Source of the DNA: Candidatus Hydrogenedentota bacterium
GTDB lineage: Bacteria; Hydrogenedentota; Hydrogenedentia; Hydrogenedentales; SLHB01
DNA length: 64,000 nucleotides
Direction of reading: 5' to 3'
Assembly (NCBI GenBank): GCA_029974275.1
Contig: JARKSN010000289.1
Coordinates: forward strand, 1 to 64,000
Shown: piece by piece, positions 29,152 to 39,445 of the stretch
How positions within the stretch are numbered: the stretch's first letter is position 1
Layout of the letters: each line of letters opens with the position of its first letter
The notes under the pieces: model-generated
Told to the model about the DNA's origin: nothing
The model's database searches: none
What the model saw: only the letters and a program-made list of their open reading frames with translations
Position numbers and translations under genes: made by a program

Positions 29152-30168
29152 ATGAAACACGTGAAGATGGTTGCCGTAGCGCTGCTCGGTCTTGTCGTCG
29201 TTGCATGCGGGGCGCCGCAGTCGCCCGCGCCGCAGAGCGGCGGCGCGGCTCCAGGAGAGAGTCCGGGCGCCGCAGCGCAAGCGCCCGCGAAGAAGATCAA
29301 GGTCGCTTTTTCGCAGTGCAACAGCGCGGAGCCGTACCGTACGGCGCAGAACAACATCATGAAACGCGATATCGCCAAGTATCTGAATTGCGAGTTGGTG
29401 ATTCAGGATGCGCAGCAGGACAACGCCAAGCAGATCGCGCAAATCGAGAACATGATTCTGCAGAAAGTCGACGTGCTCATCGTTGCGCCGAACGAGGCCG
29501 CCCCGCTGACGGACGTGGTGAAACGCGCGCACGACGCGGGCATCAAGGTCGTCTGTCTTGAACGCAATCTGATGCAGCCGGTGTACGACGTCTTTGTGGG
29601 CGCGAACAACGTCAAGATCGGCGAGATGGCCGGCCAACGCGTCGCCGACTACGTGAAGAGCAAGGGCATCGAAGCCCCGGTCGTCGTGGAGATGAAAGGA
29701 CTCTTGGGCACGAAGCCCCAGGAAGAGCGCCATGACGGCGCCCGCAGGTTCATCGATGCGATTCCGGGCGTCAAGGTCATCGAGGATGTGGCCGATTGGC
29801 TTCAGGGCAATGCGCTGAAACGCATGGAGACGATCCTTCAAGCGAATCCCAAGATCGACGTCGTGTATGCGCACAATGATCCGATGGCGGTGGGGTGCTA
29901 TCTGGCCGCAAAGAACGCGGGTCGCGAGAAGGAAATGATTTTTGTCGGGGTGGACGGTTTGGGCGGCCCCGACGGCGGCGTGCAGCGCGTGTTGGACGGC
30001 ATGTTGGATTCCACTTTTTATTATCCGACCTGTGCGGCGGAAGGCCTTGAAATCGCCATCAAACTGGGCCGAGGAGAAAGCGTTCCGCAACAGGAAATCA
30101 TCCTTGAACCGGCGATCATCACGAAGGAAAACGCGCAGGAATGGTACGGCAAGGTGACGGTCCAGTAA
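29152..30168 (+). CDS. Sugar ABC transporter substrate-binding lipoprotein (RbsB-like)
   Basis: Lipobox VVAC; QIAQIENMI..VDVLIVAP; YAHNDPMAVG; GVDG. Confidence 0.92.
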   Translation: MKHVKMVAVALLGLVVVACGAPQSPAPQSGGAAPGESPGAAAQAPAKKIKVAFSQCNSAEPYRTAQNNIMKRDIAKYLNCELVIQDAQQDNAKQIAQIENMILQKVDVLIVAPNEAAPLTDVVKRAHDAGIKVVCLERNLMQPVYDVFVGANNVKIGEMAGQRVADYVKSKGIEAPVVVEMKGLLGTKPQEERHDGARRFIDAIPGVKVIEDVADWLQGNALKRMETILQANPKIDVVYAHNDPMAVGCYLAAKNAGREKEMIFVGVDGLGGPDGGVQRVLDGMLDSTFYYPTCAAEGLEIAIKLGRGESVPQQEIILEPAIITKENAQEWYGKVTVQ

Positions 30169-30626
30169 TGCCCGATCGCGCAGGCCTCACGGAAGTCGTT
30201 ATTTACACCGACGGCGGTTGCGTGCCTAATCCAGGGACGGGCGGCTGGGCGGCCGTGATCGAATGCCGGGGCAGGTCCAAAGAGCTTTCCGGGGGCGAAT
30301 GGGACACGACCAACAACCGCATGGAACTTACGGCGGCCGTCCGCGCGCTGGAGGCCCTCACGCGATCCTGCCATGTGGTCGTGCATACGGATTCGGAGTA
30401 TTTGAAGAACGGCATCACGGCGTGGCTGCCGGGCTGGAAGCGGCGCGGGTGGGAGCGCAAGGGCGGTCCGTTGAAGAATGTGGATCTCTGGAAGCGCCTC
30501 GATGCGTTGGCGGAACGTCACCAGGTCGAGTGGCGCTGGCTGCGCGGTCACGCCGGGCATCCCGTCAACGAGCGATGCGACGAACTCGCTTCGCGGGAGA
30601 TTGAAAAGCTGCGTTTGCGCGACTGA
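30168..30626 (+). CDS. rnhA: Ribonuclease HI
   Basis: YTDGGCVPNPG, TTNNRMEL, TDSEY, KNVDLW, GHAGHPVNERCD; TAATG overlap. Confidence 0.95.
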   Translation: MPDRAGLTEVVIYTDGGCVPNPGTGGWAAVIECRGRSKELSGGEWDTTNNRMELTAAVRALEALTRSCHVVVHTDSEYLKNGITAWLPGWKRRGWERKGGPLKNVDLWKRLDALAERHQVEWRWLRGHAGHPVNERCDELASREIEKLRLRD

Positions 30627-30641
30627 CGCGGCGAAAGACCG

Positions 30642-33407
30642 ATGCGAAAAACATGGCGCAGATCGCGATTGCCGTTGCACCTCATGCCCATCATGTTCGG
30701 CATGTGCGGCGTCTTGTTTTCTCGTTTTCTGACGGATCCCGTCTGGCAGGTGGCGGTGATCCTGTTGTCTGTAGCAGGCCCCTTGTTTGCGGGAGGGGCC
30801 ATTCTCGCCAGTTTGCCCAATCGCGGTTTCGAGCGGGGCTTGGTTGTCGGCGGGCTGCTCTTTTTGCTGCTGGGCGCGGTGGTCGCGTTCTCGGGACTTC
30901 CCGACGCGCTTAGCACCCAGGCGGAAGCGCCGGATCGCGTGGACGAACTGTCGCGCTGGATCGGCATGGCGAGCTTGCTGGTGGGCTTGCTGGCGATATT
31001 CTTCGCGATTGGCCGGACGGGCGAGGCGATCGAGGAGATTGGCGAGCGGTTTCGTCATCTAGCCGACCACATGAGCGAAGGGGTCGTGCTGATGTCGCCC
31101 GATGGCCTTATCGTGTTTGCCAACAAGCGTTTCGTGCAAATGACCGGCATCTCCGAAGAAGCGCTCGTGGGACAGGATGCATCCAACGTGGCCGAGCGTT
31201 TCCGGCTGCAGCCCGTCGTTTCCCACATGGACCGTCACTGGCGCGGCGTGGCCAGCGAGTATCAGGTTTCCTGGACCGTGCACGACGATGTCCGCCAATT
31301 CTGGGTCACGGGAACGCCGGTGTATAATCGGCGGGGGCAATTGGCGGGCAGCGTTGCGACGTTTCGCGATATTACCGATCAACACGAAATGGGACGTCGG
31401 CTTGAACGGTATGCCCAGGGGCTGCAGCAGTTGGTCGAAGACCGAACCCAGAAACTGCGTCACTCGGAGAACCGGTTGCGCGAGTTGCTGTTGCATATGA
31501 ACGAGGGATTCCTCACCGTCGACGCGTCGTTCAAGGTGGTGTTTGCCAACAACCGCATATGCACGTTGCTCCGGGTTTCGCCGGACCAGATGATCGGGCA
31601 TTTCCTCTTCGATTTCGTGGAGGCGGCCGGGCGCGGGCGGCTTTTGGATCTGTTCGAGGGCCGCGATGCCTTTCCGCATGATCGCATGCAGCAGGAACTC
31701 AGCCTGATCCAGACCGGGGGGGCGCTGGTTCCTGTGGTGATTGGCGTGGCGCCGGTGATTGACGCGTCCGAGGACGACGCACGCTATTCGCTGGTGATTA
31801 CGGACGTCACCGAACTCAAGCAGATGCAGCATCAACTTGAGGCGCGCGCGGCCGAATTGGAAGCCACCAATGCGGAGTTGAAATCGATTGACCGCGCCAA
31901 GGATGGTTTTCTGTCGAACGTGACGCACGAATTGCGGACGCCGTTGAGCACGATCCGGGGCTACCTGGAGATGCTGGTCTCGTCCGATTTAGGGCCTTTG
32001 GAACGGCCGCAACTCAATGCCATGCGCGTCATGCTGCGCAATGCGCAACGGCTCTCGCATCTTATCGATGAGATGATCGAATTTAGCCGCATGGAGATCA
32101 AGGGCATTCATCTCGCGAGAACCCTCCTTTCGCCCGATCGTCTCGTTCAGGAATGCGTGGCGTCGATGCAGCCACAGGCGCTGGCGCGCGAACTCAGCGT
32201 GCGCGTCGAGATCGACGAAGGCGTCCTGCCGTTGTGGGCCGATCGGAAACGAATGCTTCAAGCGTTGACGATTCTCCTCTCCAACGCGGTGAAATTCAGC
32301 CAGGAACGCGGCACGGTTCGCATACGCCTGATGCAACGTCCGGGCGGATCGGCCATCGCGGTGGCGGACGAAGGGATTGGCATCGACCCGGCCTATCAGA
32401 AACGGGTTTTCGACAAGTTCTTTCAGGTGGACAGCTCGCTGGCGCGGCATTACGAGGGGGCGGGGATTGGGCTTTCCATCGCGAAGAGCATCATGAAGGC
32501 CCATGGCGGCTCCATTGAACTGGAGAGCGAGTTGGGAAAAGGGAGCGTTTTCACCTTGACGCTTCCGAATGCCTCGTTCGAGACGGCGCCGCCGCCCGAT
32601 ATTCCGCCCCAGTTCGATGGATTGCGCGTAATGCTTGTCGAGGAGGACGGCGATTTCCGCAAACCGGTGGCCCAACTGCTCAGAGGCTGCGGGTGTCGGG
32701 TGGATGAAGTCAATAACGGCTACGAGGCGTTGCGCATGGCGCGCGAGCATCCTCCGGATATTCTCCTGGTCGATGAAGTCATGGCCGATCTGTCCGGGGC
32801 GACGATGATCGCCCAGTTGCAGCAGACGCCGGCCATGTGCACGGCGCCGATAGTCCTATTCGTAGGGGAGGGATCGCGAACGCCTTCTCTGCAGGACGTC
32901 TCGCACGGCGCGGTGGAATTCTTGCAAAAGCCTTTTGGAGCCGCGGACTTGCTGGTCGCCATCGCGAGCGCTTGCTTCGTCGAACACCCGATGGAAGCGG
33001 CGGCTTTTCTCACGCCGCCGCCCTCCCCTCCGGAGCCCGTCGCGCGTGCGTTGGTGATCGATGAAGATCCGGACTTCCTGGCGTGGGTCGAAACCGTTTT
33101 CCGCCTTCGCGGGGTGCCGTGCCATTGTGCCGGCGACGTTCGCCAGGCGCTCGAAATGGGCCACGCCTTTCAGGCTACGGTCATTCTCTTGGATTGGGAC
33201 ATCCAATACCCCTCCGCGTCGGATGGGCTGGCGCAGTTGCGCGCCAATGCCGCAACGCAGGCGGCGGTGGTGCACGCCATGACGGGCGTTCCCCCGGGAA
33301 ACAGAAATTTCAGCGGCGTGAGTTCGATCCTGAAAAAACCGTTTTCGGCGGAGCAGTTGACCGAAACGGCGTTGCGTGGCTCGCGATCCGGCGTGCGCAA
33401 AGCGTAG
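30642..33407 (+). CDS. Membrane-bound hybrid sensor histidine kinase (about 4 TM, 2 PAS, HisKA, HATPase, 2 REC)
   Basis: THELRTPL, NAVKFS, DEGIGI, GAGIGLSI; REC motifs LLVDEV..QKPF and LLDWD..KKPF. Confidence 0.9.
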   Translation: MRKTWRRSRLPLHLMPIMFGMCGVLFSRFLTDPVWQVAVILLSVAGPLFAGGAILASLPNRGFERGLVVGGLLFLLLGAVVAFSGLPDALSTQAEAPDRVDELSRWIGMASLLVGLLAIFFAIGRTGEAIEEIGERFRHLADHMSEGVVLMSPDGLIVFANKRFVQMTGISEEALVGQDASNVAERFRLQPVVSHMDRHWRGVASEYQVSWTVHDDVRQFWVTGTPVYNRRGQLAGSVATFRDITDQHEMGRRLERYAQGLQQLVEDRTQKLRHSENRLRELLLHMNEGFLTVDASFKVVFANNRICTLLRVSPDQMIGHFLFDFVEAAGRGRLLDLFEGRDAFPHDRMQQELSLIQTGGALVPVVIGVAPVIDASEDDARYSLVITDVTELKQMQHQLEARAAELEATNAELKSIDRAKDGFLSNVTHELRTPLSTIRGYLEMLVSSDLGPLERPQLNAMRVMLRNAQRLSHLIDEMIEFSRMEIKGIHLARTLLSPDRLVQECVASMQPQALARELSVRVEIDEGVLPLWADRKRMLQALTILLSNAVKFSQERGTVRIRLMQRPGGSAIAVADEGIGIDPAYQKRVFDKFFQVDSSLARHYEGAGIGLSIAKSIMKAHGGSIELESELGKGSVFTLTLPNASFETAPPPDIPPQFDGLRVMLVEEDGDFRKPVAQLLRGCGCRVDEVNNGYEALRMAREHPPDILLVDEVMADLSGATMIAQLQQTPAMCTAPIVLFVGEGSRTPSLQDVSHGAVEFLQKPFGAADLLVAIASACFVEHPMEAAAFLTPPPSPPEPVARALVIDEDPDFLAWVETVFRLRGVPCHCAGDVRQALEMGHAFQATVILLDWDIQYPSASDGLAQLRANAATQAAVVHAMTGVPPGNRNFSGVSSILKKPFSAEQLTETALRGSRSGVRKA

Positions 33408-33436
33408 AGGATGGCCTGGATTGGCGCCGCCGCGCG

Positions 33437-33465
33437 TTGACTTCTCGCTGCGGCATGGTTAGATT
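33437..33465 (+). promoter_or_regulatory. Putative sigma70 promoter for the carboxypeptidase gene
   Basis: TTGACT-17 nt-TAGATT. Confidence 0.5.
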
Positions 33466-33559
33466 TTCGGGAAGGTTCGTGAGGAGATTTCTCGGCGCTG
33501 TGGCGTTATGCGCAAAAAGTCTTTTCTTGAAAGGACGTTCAGGAGAAAGTGAACACGGT

Positions 33560-34909
33560 ATGCGTGGATTGAGAGTCGGTCTTGTTTTCAGGATATGGGC
33601 GATTGTCGTGTTGTCGGCGGGGATGGCGTTTCCGCCGGAAGCGCAGGGACGGGCCGCTGCTTCCGCGACCCAAAACCGCGCCGCCGTCAAGAAAACGCCG
33701 GTCAAACAGCCTTCCGCTCAAAAGGCTTCGGTCAAAAAAACGGTTGTCAAAAAGGCGGTCCCGAAGTCCCGGCAGACGGTTCCTGCTCGCACTGCACCGC
33801 CTCAGGAAGAGACGCGTTCCGAAGAAGCAAGCGTCGCAGGGCTTTCGAGCAGCATGATTTGTGTCGAAGAGAACTCGGGGTTGGAGCTGTATGCGCGAAA
33901 CGTAGACATGGAGCGGCCGCCGGCAAGTCTGGTCAAGATGTTGCTGATGCTGCTTGTGGCGGAGGGCATCCAAGCAGAGAAATGGACGCTTGAGACGCCG
34001 GTGGCCATTTCGCGGCGCGCGGCCGAGACGCCGCCGAGCAAGGTGGGCGTGCGCGAGGGCGAGACATGGCCGTTGGGCCATTTGATGCTGGGGGTGGCGG
34101 TTCTGTCCGCGAACGACGCCGCGATGGCCGTGGCCGAGGGTCTCTGGGGCAGCGAGGATGCCTATAAACAGCGCATGAATGCTCGCGCGCAAGAATTGGG
34201 AATGACGCATTCGGAGTTTCATAGCGTGCACGGCCTTCCGCCCGTCAACGGCGATAAACCGGATCGCGCCACGGCGCGGGACTTGGCGTTGCTGGCGCGG
34301 ACGTGCGTCCGACATCCTCAGATCATGCAGTGGGCGGGAACGAAGGAATTTCAGTTTCGCCCCGACGAAGCGCCCCGGCAGTGCACCAACAAGCTTCTCT
34401 TGCGGATGACGGATTGCGACGGTCTCAAAACGGGGTTTACGCGGGCGGCGGGGCATTGTATCGCGGCGACGGCGGAACGCGATGGGGTTCGTCTTATCAG
34501 CGTGGTCATGGGCTGTGAGAACCGGCTTGTTCGATTCAATGCCGCGGAGGACTTGTTGAACGAAGGGTTTCGGCAGGTGACGCGGCATTGCGTTTTGACG
34601 GCGGGGCAGGAGGTGACGCCCGCGGCGCCTGTGCGCAATGCCGCCGTCGATTCGGTGAGGCTGGGCGTTTCGGAAGATGTCTGGGTGGTGATGAAGAAAG
34701 ACGATGTCGCCAAGTTGACATACCGTTTGCGGCAGGAGAAGCCGCTGCGAGCGCCGTTGCGGCCGGGGGACGTGTTGGCGCATTTGGACGTCGTCGTTGA
34801 TGACAACGTGTTGACGAGGGTTCCGCTTGGGGTCAAACAGGATCTCGCGGCGGCGGGTTGGGGCTGGAAATTGCGCCACGGCATTGCGGCTGGAATTTCC
34901 GCCGGGTAG
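33560..34909 (+). CDS. dacA: D-alanyl-D-alanine carboxypeptidase (PBP5/DacA, peptidase S11)
   Basis: PASLVK (SxxK), SAND (SxN), HGL, GLKTGFT (KTG); Lys-rich N-terminal linker. Confidence 0.88.
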   Translation: MRGLRVGLVFRIWAIVVLSAGMAFPPEAQGRAAASATQNRAAVKKTPVKQPSAQKASVKKTVVKKAVPKSRQTVPARTAPPQEETRSEEASVAGLSSSMICVEENSGLELYARNVDMERPPASLVKMLLMLLVAEGIQAEKWTLETPVAISRRAAETPPSKVGVREGETWPLGHLMLGVAVLSANDAAMAVAEGLWGSEDAYKQRMNARAQELGMTHSEFHSVHGLPPVNGDKPDRATARDLALLARTCVRHPQIMQWAGTKEFQFRPDEAPRQCTNKLLLRMTDCDGLKTGFTRAAGHCIAATAERDGVRLISVVMGCENRLVRFNAAEDLLNEGFRQVTRHCVLTAGQEVTPAAPVRNAAVDSVRLGVSEDVWVVMKKDDVAKLTYRLRQEKPLRAPLRPGDVLAHLDVVVDDNVLTRVPLGVKQDLAAAGWGWKLRHGIAAGISAG

Positions 34910-34997
34910 CCGATTTTGCTTGCGCGGCATTTACCTAACGCCGTCTCTCCTGTGGCGCCGGGGGCGTGATGTTGACCGCGCGGGGAGACGCGACAGG

Positions 34998-35642
34998 TTA
35001 TTCGTTCGCGCGCAGGCTTTCGATCGCCGCGAGGTAGGATCGACTGCGGTAGATGTAGGAGCCGGCCACCAGCACGTTCGCGCCTGCTTGAATGACCTGC
35101 GCCGCGGTTTCGGCGTCGATGCCTCCGTCCACTTCGAGATCCCGTTCGCCGAGCATTGCGCGGACGTACTGAATCTTCCGCAGCATTTCCGGGATGAACT
35201 TCTGGCCGCCGAATCCAGGGTTGACGGTCATGAGAAGAACCAGATCCACATAATCCGCCAAGAACTCGATTTCGTCGTGCGAGGTGCCGGGATTCAGGAC
35301 GATTCCCGCCTGACACCCGAGTTCTTTGATCATGGTCAAGGTGCGATGTGGATGTTTGGCGGCTTCGACGTGGAAGGTGATGATATCGGCGCCCGCATCC
35401 GCAAAATCGCGTATGTATCTGTCGGGATCGGAGATCATCAGGTGCACGTCGAGGGGCACGGTGCTGTGCGTGCGCAATGACGCGACGACCGCTGGGCCGA
35501 TCGTGATGTTGGGCGTGAAATGCCCGTCCATGACGTCGATATGAATCCAGTCGGCGCCCGCGTCGATGACCGCGCGGACCTCTTCGCCGAGCCGGCTGAA
35601 ATCACTCGCCAAGATCGAGGGAGCTATCTTCAAGGGGGGCAT
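34998..35642 (-). CDS. rpe: Ribulose-phosphate 3-epimerase
   Basis: IAPSIL, HIDVMDGHF, DVHLM, MTVNPGFGGQ, VDGG. Confidence 0.96.
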   Translation of the reverse strand: MPPLKIAPSILASDFSRLGEEVRAVIDAGADWIHIDVMDGHFTPNITIGPAVVASLRTHSTVPLDVHLMISDPDRYIRDFADAGADIITFHVEAAKHPHRTLTMIKELGCQAGIVLNPGTSHDEIEFLADYVDLVLLMTVNPGFGGQKFIPEMLRKIQYVRAMLGERDLEVDGGIDAETAAQVIQAGANVLVAGSYIYRSRSYLAAIESLRANE

Positions 35643-36864
35643 GGCTGCTTTCTCCTTCCTGCTGCCCGATCGTCGTGTCCATGGGGGCGCGGGGCGTGCC
35701 GGGGGGGAGGGGCGCGGCAGCGTCGGGAGGCGCTGCGGGCTCGTTCGGGTCGGCGTCGCCGTCCGTGATCACCGGCGCCTGATCGCCCGTGTATGAGTAG
35801 GTGCGCACTTTCACGCCGTCAATATACGCCTCGACCGTAAGCGCGTCAAAAAAGGCGAGCGGAAGATGGTACTGTCGGCTGCCGCTGCCGTCTGCGTTGC
35901 CTTGGGCGATGCCCTGATAAATGGTTTGGCGCACGCCGTTGCGATCGATGTAGTCAAAACGAATATTCTTGCCGATCGCGTCCGGCGGCGGCGCGTAGAC
36001 GACCTCGACTTTGCGGCGTGAGAGGGGCAGTGATTTCGCGTCGGATGGACGGACGTCGAACGTGATTTGCTGTCCTTGTTCGACGGGCGAACCGGGGTCA
36101 GGGCGCTGCGCCAGCACGACGTCGGGCGCGGCATTTGGGTTGTCGACGCGGTTGGGCACGGCGTCTATGCCGAGCGCGGCCAGCATGCGCGTGACTTCGG
36201 GCAAGGGGCGGCCTACGAGCGCGGGCATGATGACGGTTTGTTTCGGTCCGCTGCTGATCAGCAGGTTGACCGATGCCTCGCGCGACATGGCGTGCCCGGC
36301 GGGCGGGTCTTGCGCCACGACGGTGTTTGGGGGGGATGTGTGCGGAAGGTATGCGATGCTGCCGATTTTGATAAAGGATTTTTCCAAGTTTGCGCGCGCG
36401 GCTTCGAGGGTTTGGCCGATGACTTGGGGCGCTGAAATGAGGTTGGGGCCGCCGCTTACGGTTACGAGTATCTTGCGTCCCCGGCGGACGACTTTGCCCG
36501 CCGCCGGACGCTGGGAGATGACTTGTCCTTGGGCGACGTCTTCGCTGTACATGGGGATTTGGTCGCCGATCACGAGGCCGGCCTGCGTTAGACGGTACAG
36601 GGCCTCTGTCAAGGGAAGCCCCGAAATGTTGGGCGTCGTCACGTATTCGCCGCCGGAAACGGCCTGATTGAACACGTAATAGCCCGCGCCCGCCATCATC
36701 GCAAGCGCGATGAGGGTCGCGAGGGTCCAGCGAATCGACCAGCCCATGAACCGCAACACGAAGATGACGAAGCCTAGGACGCCTTCCGCAAGCGCATCAA
36801 GAAGAACCCGTCCAGTCCATCGACGTGGGGCAGAGTCCGGTATGTTCCCGTCCTTGTTTTCCAT
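35602..36864 (-). CDS. Membrane-anchored PASTA-domain protein (3 PASTA, no kinase domain)
   Basis: TM helix then TPNISG..VISQRP, APQVIG..VVAQDP, MPALVG..VLAQRP; start uncertain because it overlaps the rsmB 3' end. Confidence 0.8.
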   Translation of the reverse strand: MENKDGNIPDSAPRRWTGRVLLDALAEGVLGFVIFVLRFMGWSIRWTLATLIALAMMAGAGYYVFNQAVSGGEYVTTPNISGLPLTEALYRLTQAGLVIGDQIPMYSEDVAQGQVISQRPAAGKVVRRGRKILVTVSGGPNLISAPQVIGQTLEAARANLEKSFIKIGSIAYLPHTSPPNTVVAQDPPAGHAMSREASVNLLISSGPKQTVIMPALVGRPLPEVTRMLAALGIDAVPNRVDNPNAAPDVVLAQRPDPGSPVEQGQQITFDVRPSDAKSLPLSRRKVEVVYAPPPDAIGKNIRFDYIDRNGVRQTIYQGIAQGNADGSGSRQYHLPLAFFDALTVEAYIDGVKVRTYSYTGDQAPVITDGDADPNEPAAPPDAAAPLPPGTPRAPMDTTIGQQEGESSHAPLEDSSLDLGE

Positions 36865-38105
36865 GTGTCCAGCCATTCAGGGCCATCTTCCAACACGACT
36901 TCGCCCGTTGCCAACGCGGCCTGGAGCGCCTCCTCGGTCTCTTCCGGCGTGAACGTGCACACCGAATAGACAAGCGTCCCGCCATTCTTGCAGAGTCGAA
37001 TCGCGGAACGCAAAAGCTGTTGCTGTTCGACGGCCAGCCGCGCGATGGCCTCCGGCGTGACGCGCCATTTCAAGTCGGGATGGCGGCGTATCGTTCCCAA
37101 ACCCGAACACGGCGCATCGATCAACACGCGATCGAACGCTTCGCCGAATGGCGCCTGTGCGCCATTGCCGCAGACTGTGCGGATGCTGACGCAGCCGAGC
37201 CGTTCCGCATTTTCCCGCACAAACCGGAGCTTGTCCGGATGAATGTCCATGGCGACCACCCGCGCTTTGTCGTGCGCCAGTTGCGCGATGTGCGTGGTTT
37301 TGCCGCCGGGCGCCGCGCACAGATCGAGAATTGTCTCGCCGGGCTGCGGATCGAGCGCGTGCGGCGGCAACATCGAAGCCGCGTCTTGAATGAAATACTG
37401 TCCTTCGCGAAATAGTTTCGAACGAGAAGGCGGCAGGCCTTCGGTCAACGTCAGCTCCTCGGGGATGCGCGTTCCCTTGATGGGGCCGCACTTGGCTTTC
37501 TCGAATAGCGCCATGAGCGTGTCCGTCGAGGTCTGGAGCAGATTGGCGCGCACCGAGACGGGCGCTTCCTCGTTGCATGCGGCGCACAGACGCGCGGCCT
37601 CGTCCGAGCCGAACTGCGTCAGCCACGCCTTCGTGATCCAGGGAGGCAGCGAGTAGCGCACGCTCAAACGATCCGCCGGATGGGTCTCCCACGGAGGCAG
37701 TGGCACGTCCTCCATTCGTTGCGGCGCGCGCCGCAGCACGGCGTTGACCAGGCGCGTCGTCCCCGCGTGGCCGCGGTGCTTTGCGAGTTCGACGGACGTA
37801 TGCACCATTGATGGAAACGTGACGCTGCGACAGAAAAGCGATTGAAACACGCCCATGCGCAGAATGATGAGGATGGCGCCCGGCAGTTTTTCGAGCGGTT
37901 GCGTCAGAAGCCCGCGAAGGACATGGTCGCACAACGATTGATGGCGCACCGTGCCATAGACGAGTTGCGTCAGAAACGCGCGCCCGCGCTCGGAGATGTC
38001 CGCGCGCGACAGGGTGCGGTCCAGGGCCGCGTTCACATACGCGCCCTTATCGCGGACGCGAAGAAGCGTGTTGACGGCTGCGGCGCGGACAATGTCGTAA
38101 CTCAT
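36774..38105 (-). CDS. rsmB: 16S rRNA m5C967 methyltransferase RsmB
   Basis: NusB-like N-domain; QDAAS, LDLCAAPGGKT, DAPCSGLG, YSVCT, DGFF; ATGA overlap with fmt. Confidence 0.93.
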   Translation of the reverse strand: MSYDIVRAAAVNTLLRVRDKGAYVNAALDRTLSRADISERGRAFLTQLVYGTVRHQSLCDHVLRGLLTQPLEKLPGAILIILRMGVFQSLFCRSVTFPSMVHTSVELAKHRGHAGTTRLVNAVLRRAPQRMEDVPLPPWETHPADRLSVRYSLPPWITKAWLTQFGSDEAARLCAACNEEAPVSVRANLLQTSTDTLMALFEKAKCGPIKGTRIPEELTLTEGLPPSRSKLFREGQYFIQDAASMLPPHALDPQPGETILDLCAAPGGKTTHIAQLAHDKARVVAMDIHPDKLRFVRENAERLGCVSIRTVCGNGAQAPFGEAFDRVLIDAPCSGLGTIRRHPDLKWRVTPEAIARLAVEQQQLLRSAIRLCKNGGTLVYSVCTFTPEETEEALQAALATGEVVLEDGPEWLDTWKTRTGTYRTLPHVDGLDGFFLMRLRKAS

Positions 38106-39046
38106 ATCGGCAGGGGGCTTTCGAAACGATCGCCGGGAAGCACCTTGTGGCCGCGCAAAAAATCGCTGACGGACGTGGCCTTCTTGCCGGGCATCTGCAG
38201 CGTCACTATGGCGAGGCAGCCATCGCCCGTGGCCGTGACGATAGCGTCTTTCTCGATGGCGACGATCGCGCCCGGCGCGTGGCCTTCCGCTGGGTAGCGG
38301 ACGGGGCGCGCGGCGTGAACGCGGCATATCTCGCCGTGAAACGACGTATACGCCACCGGCCATGGCACTGCCGCGCGCACGAGGTTGTGCACGCGGGATG
38401 CGGGAAGCGACCAATCGATCGCGCCGTCCGTTTTTTCGAGACGCCGCGTGTAGGTTGCGCGACCGTGGTCTTGCGGCGTGTAGACGGCCTGTCCTGCGGC
38501 AATGATGTCCATCGCTCGCAGCAACAGTTCGCCGCCCATGTGCGACAATCGTTCGGTGAGTTCGATGTTGTTTTCCTCGGGACCGATCGGCGTCGCCTCC
38601 TGCAACAGCAGATCGCCCGAATCGACTTCAAGCGTCAGCCGCATGATCGACACGCCGGTGACTGCATCGCCCTCCAGCAGGGCCGACGTGATCGGCGAAG
38701 GACCGCGATGACGCGGCAGAAGACTCGGGTGCATGTTGATGAACCCATGCGGCGGAACGTCAAGAATCGGTTGTTTGATCAAGCGTCCGTACGCGGCAAT
38801 GGCGCAAATATCCGGCTGCTGTTCGCGCAGCCACGCCTCGAACGCGCCATCGTTCAGCCTTGTCGGCTGCATGACGGCAATGCCGCGATCCTGCGCCCAT
38901 GCCTTGACCGGCGGCGGCACGGGCTTGCTGCTGCGTCCCTGCGGCTTGTCCGGCTGACACACGACCGCCGTCACCTCATGACCGCGCGCGATCGCCGCCA
39001 ACGAGGGCGTCGCAAGCTCAGGCGTTCCAAAGAAGACCGTGCGCAC
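38102..39046 (-). CDS. fmt: Methionyl-tRNA formyltransferase
   Basis: FFGTP, QPDKPQGR, AAYG, NMHPSLLPRHRGPSPI, DSGD. Confidence 0.95.
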   Translation of the reverse strand: MRTVFFGTPELATPSLAAIARGHEVTAVVCQPDKPQGRSSKPVPPPVKAWAQDRGIAVMQPTRLNDGAFEAWLREQQPDICAIAAYGRLIKQPILDVPPHGFINMHPSLLPRHRGPSPITSALLEGDAVTGVSIMRLTLEVDSGDLLLQEATPIGPEENNIELTERLSHMGGELLLRAMDIIAAGQAVYTPQDHGRATYTRRLEKTDGAIDWSLPASRVHNLVRAAVPWPVAYTSFHGEICRVHAARPVRYPAEGHAPGAIVAIEKDAIVTATGDGCLAIVTLQMPGKKATSVSDFLRGHKVLPGDRFESPLPI

Positions 39047-39382
39047 TCAGCCAAGCCCCGGGATGTCGAGACCGCCCGTAAGCTCGGCCATTTTCGCATG
39101 GACGCGGTCCTGCACGGCGCGCACGCCTTCATTGATGGCCGCGCGGACGAGCGTTTCCAGGGCTTCTGCGTCGTTTTTGTCGATGATTTCTGGATCGATC
39201 TTCAGCGACAGAATCTCGAACTTGCCGTTCAACGTGACGCGGACCATTCCTCCGCCGGAACTCGCCTCGAGGGTTTCAGAGGCCAACTGTTCCTTCATTT
39301 CCTCCATCCGGCCCTTCATCTCCAGGGCCTGCTTCATCAGGCCTCCCAGGTTGCCCAGATTTCCCAATCCTTTTGAAAACAC
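39047..39382 (-). CDS. ybaB: YbaB/EbfC nucleoid-associated protein
   Basis: LMKQA..ASSGGGMVRVTLNG..LETLVRAAINE..TGGLDIPG; SD AAAGGAGG. Confidence 0.9.
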   Translation of the reverse strand: MFSKGLGNLGNLGGLMKQALEMKGRMEEMKEQLASETLEASSGGGMVRVTLNGKFEILSLKIDPEIIDKNDAEALETLVRAAINEGVRAVQDRVHAKMAELTGGLDIPGLG

Positions 39383-39445
39383 ATCGCCTCCTTTAGGTGT
39401 GCGTTGAGCCGACTTTGCCGAAAAGCATGGCTATGCCCGCCGAAA

